Shown: piece by piece, positions 37,180 to 49,950 of the stretch
Numbering within the stretch: position 1 is the first letter of the stretch
How the letters are laid out: the number at the start of each line of letters is the position of its first letter
Assembly (NCBI GenBank): GCA_010909165.1
Contig: MU008170.1
Coordinates: 992,001 to 1,056,000, forward strand
Origin: Anthoceros angustus
Taxonomy: Eukaryota > Plantae > Anthocerotophyta
Length of the DNA stretch: 64,000 bases
Reading direction: 5' to 3'
Position numbers and translations under genes: made by a program
The notes under the pieces: generated by a model
Database searches by the model: none
What the model was told of the DNA's origin: nothing
Seen by the model: the letters and a program-made list of their open reading frames with translations, nothing else

Positions 37180-38600
37180 GCTAGGAAAATTCTTACACCG
37201 ACATTTTACAATGCTGGCACTATTTATAAATCGATAAATTTGTATAACATTTTACAATGTATTTGCAATGAACATGCCACATCGCAATTTCACTAATATA
37301 TAGCCTCATAAATGACATAAATCGGAAAAGGTCTCTTCCACATATTTACAACGTCTTTTACAAGCATGCCACATCGCAATCTTACTAATATATAACCTCA
37401 TAAATTACATAAATAAGGAAAAGGCATGCCACATCGAATCTTACTAATATATAACCTCATAAATTACATAAATAAGGAAAAGGCATGCCACATCGAATCT
37501 TACTAATATATAACCTCATAAATTACATAAATAAGGAAAAGGTCTCTTCCAAAATTTTACAACGGCATTTGCGACAAGCATGCCACATCGACAATCTTAC
37601 TAATATATAACCTCATAAATTACATAAATAAGGAAAAGGCATGCCACATCGCAATCTTACTAATATATAACCTCATAAATTACATAAATAAGGAAAAGGC
37701 ATGCCACATCAATCTTACTAATATATAACCTCATAAATTACATAAATAAGGAAAAGGTCTCTTCCAAAATTTTACAACATGCCATGTCAACATGCCACAT
37801 CAGCAAATAATATATTTATTCATGGATATTGGCTGGCTTGTGCATTTTACAACCATAGTTACGACGCATGTGCCACGTCAAGAATATACAATAAAATGAA
37901 TAATCCAATAATATAACATAAATTGGAGAAACCATTTTACAATGATATTTGCAATGAGCTTGCCATGTCAGCAAATAATAAATTTATTTATAGATATTTA
38001 TATAAAATGGTTTTCATGCGTTTTACAACCATAGCTACAATGCATGTGACACGTCAAGAATACAAAAAAAAAGATAATCCCATAACTAACATAAATCCAG
38101 AGAAACATATTTACAACATCATTTGCAACGAACTTGCCACATCAGCAAATAATAAATCTATTCATAGATATTCCAATAAATGGTATTATTCCAAAAATCA
38201 AGTCTTGCACAATTTACAACCACATCTACAACAAACATGGTTTACAACGCCTTTTACAAGTACCGTTTACAACATCCTTTATGCCACGTCATTATAAATT
38301 CAACAAAATGTAGTTTTATTAACAAATAACCCCCATAGTTTTCTAAATCAAAAGAGTTTATGCACAATTAACAACGTCATGTACAACGAGCAAGCCATGT
38401 CAACAAACCCCGTTGTAAAATTTGTGTCAACATGCCATGTCAACAAATCCCGTTGTAAAATTTGTCAACATGCCATGTCAACAAACCCTTGTAAAATCCA
38501 TGCCACATCATATTAGTTAGGAACCCTTGTTGTAAATGTTCAAAAACTTACAAGGCTTTGAGTATAGTAAGAGTGTTGTAGTTTCCTCTAACTAAACTTA
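37180..38600. repeat. Right subterminal region: AT-rich, TTTACAAC/GTTGTAAA motifs and a ~58-bp tandem repeat (~37360-37760)
   Basis: GCATGCCACATCGCAATCTTACTAATATATAACCTCATAAATTACATAAATAAGGAAAAG x ~6; many TTTACAAC motifs. Confidence 0.85.
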
Positions 38601-38621
38601 GACCCATTTGTAAAAGGTAGC

Positions 38622-38634
38622 CCTCCTTGTAGTT
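38622..38634 (-). repeat. CACTA right TIR (degenerate as read)
   Basis: Reverse complement reads ACTACAAG-GAGGG...TTTTACAA.TGGGT versus left ACTACAAGAAAATGAGGG...TTTTACAACGGGT; terminal base is T rather than the expected G. Confidence 0.65.
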
Positions 38635-39850
38635 TTCTAGCTTCTTTGGGACGTTTTTCCTCTTTTGTTTTGTTTTCCTTTGTTATTTTGGGTTGGGTTG
38701 TAGTTGAAGGTTCGGTCTCTTTTCGGATAATTTTGAGGTTTTTGGTTGTTTTGTCTCTAGTTTCTTATTTTGGGAGGTTATCAATGCTATTTTCCAATTT
38801 TTGGGTTGGGTTGTAGCTTTAGGTTCCAATCTCTTTTGATTTTGTGAGGGCTTTTGGTTCTCTTGTTTCTAGCTTCTTTAGGTTCCAATCTCTTTTGGTT
38901 TTTGAGGGCTTTTGGTTCTCTTGTTTCTAGATTCTTTAGGTTCCAATCTCTTATCGGATTTTTGAGGGCTTTTGGTTCTCTTGTTTCTAGCCGTTTTTGG
39001 GAGGTTATTTCCTCTTTTGTTTATCTTTTCCTTTGTTATTTTGGGTTGGGTTGTAGCTGAAGGTTCGAGTCTCTTTTGATTTTGTGAGGGCTTTTGGTTG
39101 TTTTGTCTTTAGCTTCTTATTTTGGGAGGTTATCATTGTTATTTTTTATTTTGGGTTGGGTTGTAGCTAAAGGTTCCAATCTCTTTTCGGATGTTTGTGG
39201 GGCTTTTGGTTCTCTTGTTTCTTTTTGTGTGAGGTTATTTTTTATTTTGCTTTTCTTTTTGGGTTGGATTGTAGTTGAAGGGTCCAATCTCTTTTGATTT
39301 TGTGAGGGCTTTTGGTTCTTGTATCTAGCTTCTTTAGGTTCCAATCTCTTTTCGGATTTTTGTGAGGGCTTTTGGTTCTCTTGTTTCTAGCTTTAAGTTC
39401 CAATCTCTTTTCGGATTTTTGTGAGGGCTTTTTGGTTCTCTTGTTTCTAGCTTCTTTAGGTTCCAATCTCTTTTCGGATTTTTGTGAGGGCTTTTTGGTT
39501 CTCTTGTTTCTAGCTTCTTATTTTATTTTTGTGAGGTTTTTTGATTGTTTTGTCTTTAGCTTCTTATTTTTTGGATTTTTGTGAGGCTTTTGGTTCTCTT
39601 GTTTCTTTTTTGGGAGGTTATCATTGTTATTTTTTATGTTTTTGGTTGGGTTGTAGTTGAAGGTTCCAATCGGTCTTTAGATTTTGTGAGGTTTTTGATT
39701 GTTTTGTTTCTAGCTTCTTTTTGGGAGGTTATTTTGTTATTGTTTTCCTTTTGGGTTGGATTGTAGCTGAAGGTTCCATCACTTTTGGATTTTTGAGGGC
39801 TTTTTGGTTCTAGTGTCTCTTTTGGGAGGTTATTTATTTTGCTTTTCTTT
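38635..39850. repeat. T-rich ~60-bp satellite block (also ~43090-44425, ~47740-48590, ~49950-51110, ~54370-55530)
   Basis: TTTTGTGAGGGCTTTTGGTTCTCTTGTTTCTAGCTTCTTTAGGTTCCAATCTCTTTTCGGA monomer and variants. Confidence 0.9.
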
Positions 39851-40612
39851 TGTGATCTTTTGGTTGTTAGTGGATATCTTCCATTGCTTATGATCATGAG
39901 ATATCTACGTGTGGTCCTCGTCTAATCAAAGCAATGGGAGTAGGCAAGAGACTTGGCCTCGAGCTTTGCAACTCTCGAGTTTCGGGACCGCCTCGGAGGC
40001 GTCTCTCAACAAGTGCAAGAGCACTTGTTTTGTCCCATGTTGGATTACATTCCCACACATCTTTTCGAGCAAGCTTTCCCCATAAAAACAAGGAGATCCC
40101 TACATGTATATAGCGCCCAAGTCATATGGGGTCCCCAAAGCCGACCTCCCACCACATGAGGCTCAACGTGCACCACCTCACTTTTGCTGTCGGCAATAAC
40201 CAGAGCTTCCCTCCATAAAGATAGGGCTCAACTAAAGTTGGGGCCCCTTAGACCGCCAACCTCATATTCTGGTGCCCCACCACCCCTCGGCGCAAACTTT
40301 TGCTCCGCTTTCTTTTTGGGTTGTAGAAACCCTTCTAAATAGCACGCGCCTTAAGTCGGGGCCCCTTAGACCGCCAACCTTGACCCTTGGTGCCCCACCA
40401 CCCCGAGCAAACTACTTCTCCCCAGCCCCACCATAAATCCCCACCTCCACATGTATAGCGCCCACCTTAAGTCAAGGCCCCTCGAAATGCCAACCTCATA
40501 TTCACGGTGCCCCAACACCCCAGTCGCTCTTCTCCTTCGCTTTCCTTTTGGTTTATAACTTCCCTCAAGAAGGAGTGTCGCTTCCCTCAAAACGATGCGT
40601 CGGAATGTAATC

Positions 40613-41020
40613 CAACATGGGTATGCTCACACACGGGATGGCAATTTCCAGCCAAAGTCGAAGAAATTTCAGGGTGGAGACTTCATTTACTTGCAGAGTC
40701 AAACAGGAGATACCTTCGACACCGCTAGCAGCCGACGCATGCTGCAAGTGAAGGAGGTTAGACCTAATGGGGGTACTCTTGCTACGGTGATGGGCCGACG
40801 ATCGACAACATGAAGAATTGTGCGGTCTATCACCTCCCAAACCTGGACCCAACTATTGTTACCAGCGATTGGGTCCCTCCGCTTGATTACCCATGCCAAG
40901 TATGTAGGCCTCCGGATGATACAGGCGATGCCGTTTTGTGATCACTGTGATGGTGGTTACCATGTGTTTTGCCTAAATCCACCACTAGTTGAGGTCCCGG
41001 ATCACTGTTGTACAAGAAAA
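40613..41020 (+). pseudogene. Ty3/Gypsy integrase C-terminus plus PHD finger fragment (also ~45172-45560, ~51902-52290)
   Basis: YAHTRDGNFQPKSKKFQGGDFIYLQ...LQVKEVRPNG...NMKNCAVYHLP...YPCQVCRPPDD...FCDHCDGGYHVFCLNPPLVEVP; same architecture as the pol tail at 60561-61129. Confidence 0.8.
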
Positions 41021-42572
41021 CCAGCTACAACGGGCATAAACCATCGAGCTTCAGGGGGGGAGGCGGGGTGGAGAGGCAGAGGACTCATTTTTGCTACATG
41101 TTAGATGAGAGTTGGGACATACTGGACAGCCCCAATGTTCGATGAGATAGCTAGGACATACTCCGGACAAGTATGCTACACTCCAGCTCGGCTATACTCG
41201 GGACCACCTCAGCTATACTCGGGGCAGTCCCATGGCAACAAGTATACTGGGCGGCCCAACCTCCATACCACGATCCCTGGTATACTCGGGGCAGTCATAG
41301 TCCCAACTCTATTATTCTGATCTACTTTAGTGATCAGCCCCAGAACAACTATACTTGGGATGGTCCCGAGAGAACACTAAGGACAAGCGATTAGGGATGG
41401 AGTGAGTGACCCTTTCGGCCAAGTGTTTGAGTGTCTTTGGCGGAATTGCTATGGTGCGTGAAGAGTGTGCGGATGGGATGGTTCTAGTGGCAATTTCACC
41501 TCTTTCTATGATAAGCTCGTCGGCACTCTAAAACTCCTACTCTTGTTGTGGTTAGAGGTAGCACGAAGAGCTCCCACTAATGTCGTCAATGCGTGTTGTG
41601 ACCAATGTCAAGGGACAAACTATAGGAGGAAGCGGGGTAATCTATGCTCAAGAGAAAGACACGAGGAAGAGCCAAAGCACGACTTCCACCCCAACTACGT
41701 AGAGATACTAAGGAGAAGAAGTTGGGACGGAAGGTCCTTGTTCTTTGATGACACCAACTCAAGATCGACACCTTGTAACTTGTAGAAATGATCACCACCG
41801 CTAACAACACACAATAGTCGATTCTGTTTTAAACTAAGCGGACACTTGAATCTGTAGGAGTCTAAGACTCAAGCATCTCCTTTGAATAAGTCATGTTTTT
41901 ACCTTAGGGAGGGCTTTAGTAAGCGGTCGGTGCATTAGATCCCGTGGGGATGTATTCAAGAGATCGACTTAAAGCGCATCTCGGATGAAATGGTAATGAA
42001 TCTCGATGTCCTTGCGTGCACCGGGACTCATGGCGCCGCGATTGTTGCGTCCGAGATTGTCGTGTATGCGTGTCGAGTGTCCTCTCCCAAGACTCGATGC
42101 CGCGAGTGGAGCGATAACTTAAGAAGGTTCCACATAACGTATAAAAATATGGTATATGGATTATATAAAATGTGTTACATAGGACTTTGAGCCTCCTTTG
42201 GCTTTGGCTTCTATGGATTGAGTATTTGAACTAAGTTTTCTAGCTAGTGACCATGAAGCTTCATGTCATCGTAATGACTTCGTCCAGCCATATGGTGATG
42301 GCATGTGAGTCATTCTTGCACCTTCACCAGCTCATACCTCGCATGACACCGCCGCGTGTGTCGCACCTTCCACGCCGATGGTTCCCAATGCTCTGCACTT
42401 GGGCACCACCGCAACGGCACACTCCGACACTTCAGCCCGGCGACAACCTCACCGATGAAAACACGAGGCACGCATGGAAAGCTAACCCCTCACCATCCCT
42501 CCCTTCACAATTGTCGTGCAAACCGGATCCTCTATATGAGAGGCGCCTCACGAACCGAGCCAAGAAGGGTCG

Positions 42573-42850
42573 CTTGCGCTTTCATCCACTAAAGTTGAGT
42601 ATAAGGCAGGCATGGAAGGAGTTAGAGTGGGAAAGGCAACTTTTGGAATGAATCCACTTACCTCAAAGTGCTCCCACTAAGCTTCTATGTGAAAGCATGT
42701 AGGCTATTGCCCTTTTTCCAATCCTTGGTTTCATGCAAGAACCAAGCACATTGAGCTAAACCACCATTATATCCATGGCGTCAAAGGGGCATTGTGAAAG
42801 TGGAATACATTAGTCTTGATGAGAATCTGACTAATATTTTTACAAAGGGC
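42573..42850 (+). pseudogene. Copia RNase H fragment in unit A (also ~47225-47505, ~53850-54126)
   Basis: Colinear with 1722-2008. Confidence 0.85.
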
Positions 42851-45800
42851 TGCCAAAGCCAAAGCATTTCAAGCATATGGCTGCCCTTGGGCTCGGAGTG
42901 TTCACTCGCCCGTCGAGTTGATATCTACCTTGTTGTCGCCGGCTCTGATTCTTATTGCCTCTAGGGCTCTGGAGCTGCTCGCCTTCTTCACTCAAAATGA
43001 CGTATTCATCGATCGGTACTCTCAAGGATGAAGCTACACTATGAAATCTAGGCGTGAGAGGTATCGGACATATGGGTCATGTTTTAGGAGGTCATATCTT
43101 TTTTTCTTTTTTTGTGATTTCTTGGTTGGGTTGTAGCTGAAGGTTCTAGTCATTTTCGCTTTCTTTGTGAGGATTTTGGTTTGTTTTGTTTCTAGCCGTT
43201 CTTTGGGACGTTTTTCCTCTTTTGTTTTGTTTTCCTTTGTTATTTTGGGTTGGGTTGTAGTTGAAGGTTCGGTCTCTTTTCGGATAATTTTGAGGGTTTT
43301 TGGTTGTTTTGTCTCTAGTTTCTTATTTTGGGAGGTTATCAATGCTATTTTCCAATTTTTGGGTTGGGTTGTAGCTTTAGGTTCCAATCTCTTTTGATTT
43401 TGTGAGGGCTTTTGGTTCTCTTGTTTCTAGCTTTAGGTTCCAATCTCTTTTTGGATTTTTGTGAGGGCTTTTGGTTCTCTTGTTTCTAGATTCTTTAGGT
43501 TCCAATCTCTTTTGATTTTGTGAGGGCTTTTGGTTCTCTTGTTTCTAACCGTTTTGGGAGGTTATTTCCTCTTTTGTTTATCTTTTTTTTTGGGTTGTAT
43601 GAAGGTTCTAGTGTCTCTTTTGATTTTGTGAGGGCTTTTGGTTGTTTTGTCTTTAGCTTCTTATTTTGGGAGGTTATCATTGTTATTTTTATTTTGGGTT
43701 GGGTTGTAGCTAAAGGTTCCAATCTCTTTTCGGATGTTTGTGGGGCTTTTGGTTCTCTTGTTTCTAGCTTCTTTTTGGGAGGTTATTTTTGTTATTGTTT
43801 TCCTTTTGGGTTGGATTGTAGCTAAGGTCCAATCTCTTTTCGGATTTTTGTGAGGGCTTTTGGTTCTCTTGTATCTAGCTTTAGGTTCCAATCTCTTTTT
43901 TTTGTGAGGTTTTTGGTTCTCTTGTTTCTAGCTTTAAGTTCCAATCTCTTCGGATTTTGTGAGGGCTTTTGGTTCTCTTGTATCTAGCTTCTTTAGGTTC
44001 CAATCTCTTTTCGGATTTTTGTGAGGGCTTTTGGTTCTCTTGTTTCTAGCTTTAAGTTCCAATCTCTTTTTTTTGTGAGGGCTTTTGGTTCTCTTGTTTC
44101 TAGCTTCTTTAGGTTCCAATCTCTTTTCGGATTTTGTGAGGGCTTTTGGTTCTCTTGTTTTATTTTGGGAGGTTATCATTATTATTTTTTATTTTTTGGT
44201 TGGGTTGTAGCTGAAGGTTCCAATCGGTCTTTAGATTTTTGTGAGGTTTTTTTGATTTTTTTGTTTCTAGCTTCTTTTTTGGGAGGTTATTTTTGTTATT
44301 GTTTTTCCTTTTGGGTTGGATTGTAGCTGAAGGTTCCAGTCACTTTTTGGATTTTTTGAGGGCCTTCGACCGTTTTGGTTCTAGTGTCTCTTTTTGGGAG
44401 GTTATTTATTTTTGCTTTTTCTTTTGTGATCTTTTGGTTGTTAGTGGATATCTTCCATTGCGTATGATCATGAGATATCTACGTGTGGTCCTACGTCTAA
44501 TCAAAGCAATGGGAGTAGGCAAGAGACTTGGCCTCGAGAGCTTTGCAACTCTCGAGTTTCGGGACCGCCTCGGGAGGCGTCTCTCAACAAGTGCAAGAGC
44601 ACTTGTTTTTGGTCCCATGTTGGATTACATTCCACACATCTTTTCGAGCAAGCTTTCCCCATAAAAACAAGGAGATCCCTACATGTATATAGCGCCCAAG
44701 TCATATTGGGTCCCCAAAGCCGACCTCCCACCACATGAGGCTCAACGTGCACACCTCACTTTTGCTGTCAATAACCACGAGCTTCCCTCCATAAAGATAG
44801 GGCTCAACTAAAGTTGGGGCCCCTTAGACCGCCAACCTCATATTCTGGTGCCCCACCACCCCTCGGCGCAAACTTTTGCTCCGCTTTCTTTTTGGGTTTG
44901 TAGAAACCCTTCTAAATAGCACGCCTTAAGTCGGGGCCCCTTAGACCGCCAACCTTGACCCTTGGTGCCCCACCACCCCAGCCTTTCCATCGCGGTAACC
45001 ATAAATCCCCACCTCCACATGTATAGCGCCCACCTTAAGTCAAGGCCCCTCGAAACGCCAACCTCATATTCTGGTGCCCCAACACCCCGGCGCTCTTCTC
45101 CTTGCTTTCCTTTTGGTTTATAACTTCCCTCAAGAAGGAGTGTCCCTCAAAACGATGTGTCGAATGTAATCCAACATGGGTATGCTCACACACGAATGGC
45201 AATTTCCAGCCAAAGTCGAAGAAATTTCGGTGGAGACTTCATTTACTTGCGTGTCAAGCAGAGATACCTTGACACCGCTAGCAGCATCTTGCAAGTGAAG
45301 GAGGTTAGACCTAATGGGGTACTCTTGCTATGATGGGCCGCGACGATCGACAACATGAAGAATTGTGCGGTCTATCACCTCCCAAACTGGACCCAACTAT
45401 TGTTACCGATTGGGTCCCTCCGCTTGATTACCCATGCCAAGTATGTAGGCCTCCGGATGATACAGAGCGATGCCGTTTTGTGATCAACATGATGGTGGTT
45501 ACCATGTGTTTTGCCTAAATCCACCACTAGTTGAGGTCCGGATCACTATTGTACAAGAAAACCAGCTACGGGCATAAACCATCCAGCTTCAGGCGGGGAG
45601 CGGGTGGAGAGGAAGAGGACTCATTTTTGCTACATGTTAGATGAGCAGTTGGGACATACTCGGACAGCCCCAATGTTCGATGAGATAGCTAGGAGATCCC
45701 TACATGTATAGCGCCCACCTTAAGTCAAGGCCCCTCGGCGCCCAGCTATACTAGCGGCCCCTTTATACCGGAGTCCCATGGCAACAAGTATACTCGGGCG

Positions 45801-48800
45801 GCCCCAACCTCGGCCATACTTGGGATACAGCTACAGTATACTCGGGGATCATAGTCCCAACTCTAGCTTCTTTAGGTTCCAATCGGTCTTTAGATTTTGT
45901 GAGGGCTTTAGTGGGATCATCCCCAGAACAACTATACTTGGGATGGTCCCAGAGAGAACACTAAGGACACCGCTTAGGGATGGAGTGAGTGACCCTTCGG
46001 CCTCAAGTGTTTGAGTGTCTTTGGCCGGAATTGCTATGGTGCGTGAAGAGTGCAGATGGGATGGTTCTAGTGGCAATTTCACCTCTTTCTATGATAAGCT
46101 CGTCGGCACTCTAAAACTCCTCCTCTTGTTGTGGTTAGAGGTAGCACGAAGAGCTCCCACTAATTGTCGTGTTGTGACCAATGTCAAGGGACAAACTATA
46201 GGAGGCGGGGTAATCTATGCTTCAAGAGAAAGACGAGGAAGAGCCAAAGCACGACTTCCACCCCAACTACGTAGAGATACTAAGGAGAAGAAGTTGGGAC
46301 GAAGGTCCTTGTTCTTTGATGACACCAACTCAAGATCGACACCTTGTAGCTCAGAAATGATCACCGCTAACAACACACAATAGTCGATTCTGTTTTAAAC
46401 TAAGCGGACACTTGAATGTGAGAGTCTAAGACTCAAGCATCTCCTTTGAATAAGTCATGTTTTACCTTAGGGAGGGCTTTAGTAAGTCATGCATTAGATC
46501 CGTGGGGATGTATTCAAGACAGATCGACTTAAAGCGCATCTCGGATGAAATGGTAATGAATCTCGATGTCCTTAATGCGTGCACGGGACTCATGGCGCGC
46601 GATTGTTGCGTCCGAGATTGTCGTGTATGCGTGTCGGAGTGTCCTCTCCCAAGACTCGATGCCGCGAGTGGAGCGATAACTTAAGAAGGTTCCACATAAC
46701 GTATAAAAATATGGTATATGGATTATATAAAATGGGTTTAAAAAGGACTTTGAGCCTCCTTTGGCTTTGGCTTCTATGGATTGAGTATTTGAACTAAGTT
46801 TTCTAGCTAGTGACCATGAAGCTTCATGTCATCGTAATGACTTGGCTTTGGCTTCATGGATTGAGTATTTGAACTAAGTTTTCTAGCTAGTGACCATGAA
46901 GCCCATGTCATCGTAATGACTTCGTCCGTCGTACCATATGGTGATGGTGTGAGTCATTCTTGCACCTTCACCAGCTCATACCGCCAGCATGACACCGCCT
47001 CGCACTGTGTCGCACCTTCCACGTCGATCGGCCGTCCAATGCTCCGCACTTGGGCACCACCACGAACACTGCACACTCGACACTTCAGCCCGTGACAACC
47101 TCACCGATGAAAACACGAGGCACGCATGGAAAGCTAACCCCTCACCATCCCTCCCTTCACAATTGTCGTGCAAACCGGATCCTCTATGAGAGGCGCGCCT
47201 CACGAACCGAGCCAAGAGCACTCGCTTGCGCTTTCATCCACTAAAGTTGAGTATAAGGCCACAGCGGGCATGGAAGGAGTTAGAGTGGGAAAGGCAACTT
47301 TTGGAATGAATCCACTTACCTCAAAGTGCTCCACTAAGCTTCTATGTGAAAGCATGTAGGCTATTGCCCTTTCTCCAATCCTTGGTTTCATGCAAGAACC
47401 AAGCACATTGAGCTAAACCACCATTATATCCATGGCGCCGAAAGGGGCATTGTGAAAGTGGAATACATTAGTCTTGATGAGAATCAAATATTTTTACAAA
47501 GGGCCCGCCAAAGCCAAAGCATTTCAAGCATATGGCTGCCCTTGGGCTCAGTGTTCACTCGCCTATGTATCAGTTGATATCTACCTTGTGAGCGCCTGTT
47601 GATTCTTATTGCCTCTAGGGCTCTGGAGCTGCTCGCCTTCTTCTGCTCAAAATGACGTATTCATGATGGTAGTCTCTGGGGATGAAGCTACACTATGAAA
47701 TCTAGGCGTGAGAGGTAATTTCATATGGGTCATGTTTTAGGAGGTCATATCTTTTCTTTTCTTTGTGATTTCTTGGTTGGGTTGTAGTGAAGGTTCTAGT
47801 CATTTTCGCTTTCTTTGTGAGGATTTTTGGTTTGTTTTGTTTCTAGCCGTTTTGGGACGTTTTTCCTCTTTTGTTTTGTTTTCCTTTGTTATTTTTGGGT
47901 TGGGTTGTAGTTGAAGGTTCGGTCTCTTTTCGGATAATTTTGAGGTTTTTTGGTTGTTTTGTCTCTAGTTTCTTATTTTGGGAGGTTATCAATGCTATTT
48001 TCCAATTTTTGGGTTGGGTTGTAGCTTTAGGTTCCAATCTCTTTTCGGATGTTTGTGGGGGCTTTTGGTTCTCTTTTTCGCTTTTTGTGTGAGGTTATTT
48101 TTGTTATTGTTTTCCTTTTTGGATTGTAGCAAGGTCCAATCTCTTTTGATTTTTGTGAGGCTTTTGGTTCTCTTGTATCTAGCTTCTTTAGGTTCCAATC
48201 TCTTTTCGGATTTTTGTGAGGGCTTTTGGTTCTCTTGTTTAGCTTTAAGTTCCAATCTCTTTTCGGATTTTGTGAGGGCTTTTGGTTCTTGTTTCTAGCT
48301 TCTTTAGGTTCCAATCTCTTTTCGGATTTTGTGAGGGCTTTTGGTTCTCTTGTTTCTAGCTTCTTTAGGTTCCAATCTCTTTTCGGATTCAATCGGTCTT
48401 TAGATTTTTGTGAGGTTTTTTTGATTGTTTTGTTTCTAGCTTCTTTTGGGAGGTTATTTTTGTTATTGTTTTTCCTTTTGGGTTGGATTGTAGCTGAAGG
48501 TTCCAATCTCTTTTTGGATTTTTGAGGGCCTTGTTGGTTCTAGTGTCCTTTTGGGAGGTTATTTATTTTGCTTTTCTTTGTGATCTTTTGGTTGTTAGTG
48601 GATATCTTCCATTGCTTATGATCATGAGATATCTACGTGGTCCCACGTCTAATCAAAGCAATGGGAGTAGGCAGAGACTTGGCCTCGAGAGCTTTGCAAC
48701 TCTCGAGTTTCGGGACCGCCTCGGAGGCGTCTCTCAACAAGTGCAAGAGCACTTGTTTTGTCCCATGTTGGATTACATTCCCACACATCTTTTCGAGCAA

Positions 48801-49559
48801 GCTTTCCCATAAAAACAAGGAGATCCCTACATGTATATAGCGCCCAAGTCATATGGTCAAGGACCTCCCACCACATGAGGCTCAACGTGCACACCTCACT
48901 TTTTGCACAGGCAATAACCACGAGCTTCCCTCCATAAAGATAGGGCTCAACTAAAGTTGGGGCCCCCACAATATGAGCCACAGTGCCCCACCACCCCTCG
49001 GCGCAAACTTTTGCTCCGCTTTCTTTTGGGTTGTAGAAACCCAACCCTTCCCTCCATAAAGATAGGGCTCAACTAAAGTTGGGGCCCACAAGCTCGCAGC
49101 CACAGTGCCCCACCACCCGCGCAAACTTTTGCTTTTCTTTTGGGTTGTAGAAACTAACCAGTAGCTTCCTCCATAAAGATAGGGCTCAACTAAAGTTGAG
49201 CCCCAAATGCCAAGTCAACCTGTGACCATCGGGCGCAAACTTTTGCTCCGCTTTTTGTAGAAACCCTTCTAAATATACCTTAAGTCCCCTTACCAACCTT
49301 GACCCACGGTGCCCCACCACCCCAGGCAAACTACTTCTCCACTTCCGTATCGGTAACCATCCCCACCTCCACATGTATAGCGCCCACCTTAAGTCAAGGC
49401 CCCTCAGCGCCAACCTCATCTTTCCTGGTGCCCCAACACCCCAGTCGCTCTTCTCCTTGCTTTCCTTTTGGTTTATAACTTCCCTCAAGAAGTGTCGCTT
49501 CCCTCAAAGCGATGTTGAATGTAATCCAACATGGGTATGCTCACACGGACGTCCCGAGC

Positions 49560-49950
49560 GAAGAAATCAAACCAAATCCCTCACAGCGAAAAATGACTAG
49601 AACCTTCACTACAACAAAACCGATCACGAAGGATATACCTCAAAACATGACCCATATGATACCTCTCCCTAGATTTCTAGTGAACTATTCAGGACCTCAT
49701 CTTGATATCGTCATTTTGAGCGGGAAGGCGGGCAGCTCCGACTAGACTGAATTAACTAAACCCAACCCTTCTGATTCTCCCAAAATGGCTAAAGACCATA
49801 GCCCTCATCCAGGGCTGCTTGAGCTGCCCATGGGATGCGTAACCTGGCTAGAAACAGGAACCAGCCCTTCCGGGTTGGAACTACACTAGAAACGAGAACC
49901 ACTCTGGATCCAAGAGATTGAACCTAGCTGAAACAGAGACAGCCCTCACT
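49560..49950 (-). repeat. Short inverted, noisy copy of unit-A sequence
   Basis: AAAACATGACCCATATG and AAAATGACTAGAACCTTC are reverse complements of the 43070-43160 region. Confidence 0.75.

Larger units (their letters stand above)
2366..38634. mobile_element. CACTA (En/Spm) DNA transposon, ~36.3 kb, with cargo
   Basis: Left TIR CACTACAAGAAAA at 2366; degenerate right TIR CTTGTAGT at 38626-38633; CTA before the left end and CTA just after the right end; flanks rejoin as GTTTCTA|G...TGGGACG, the uninterrupted state at ~43190, ~47840, ~54475; contains TnpD- and TnpA-like genes and TTTACAAC-rich subterminal arrays. Confidence 0.85.
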
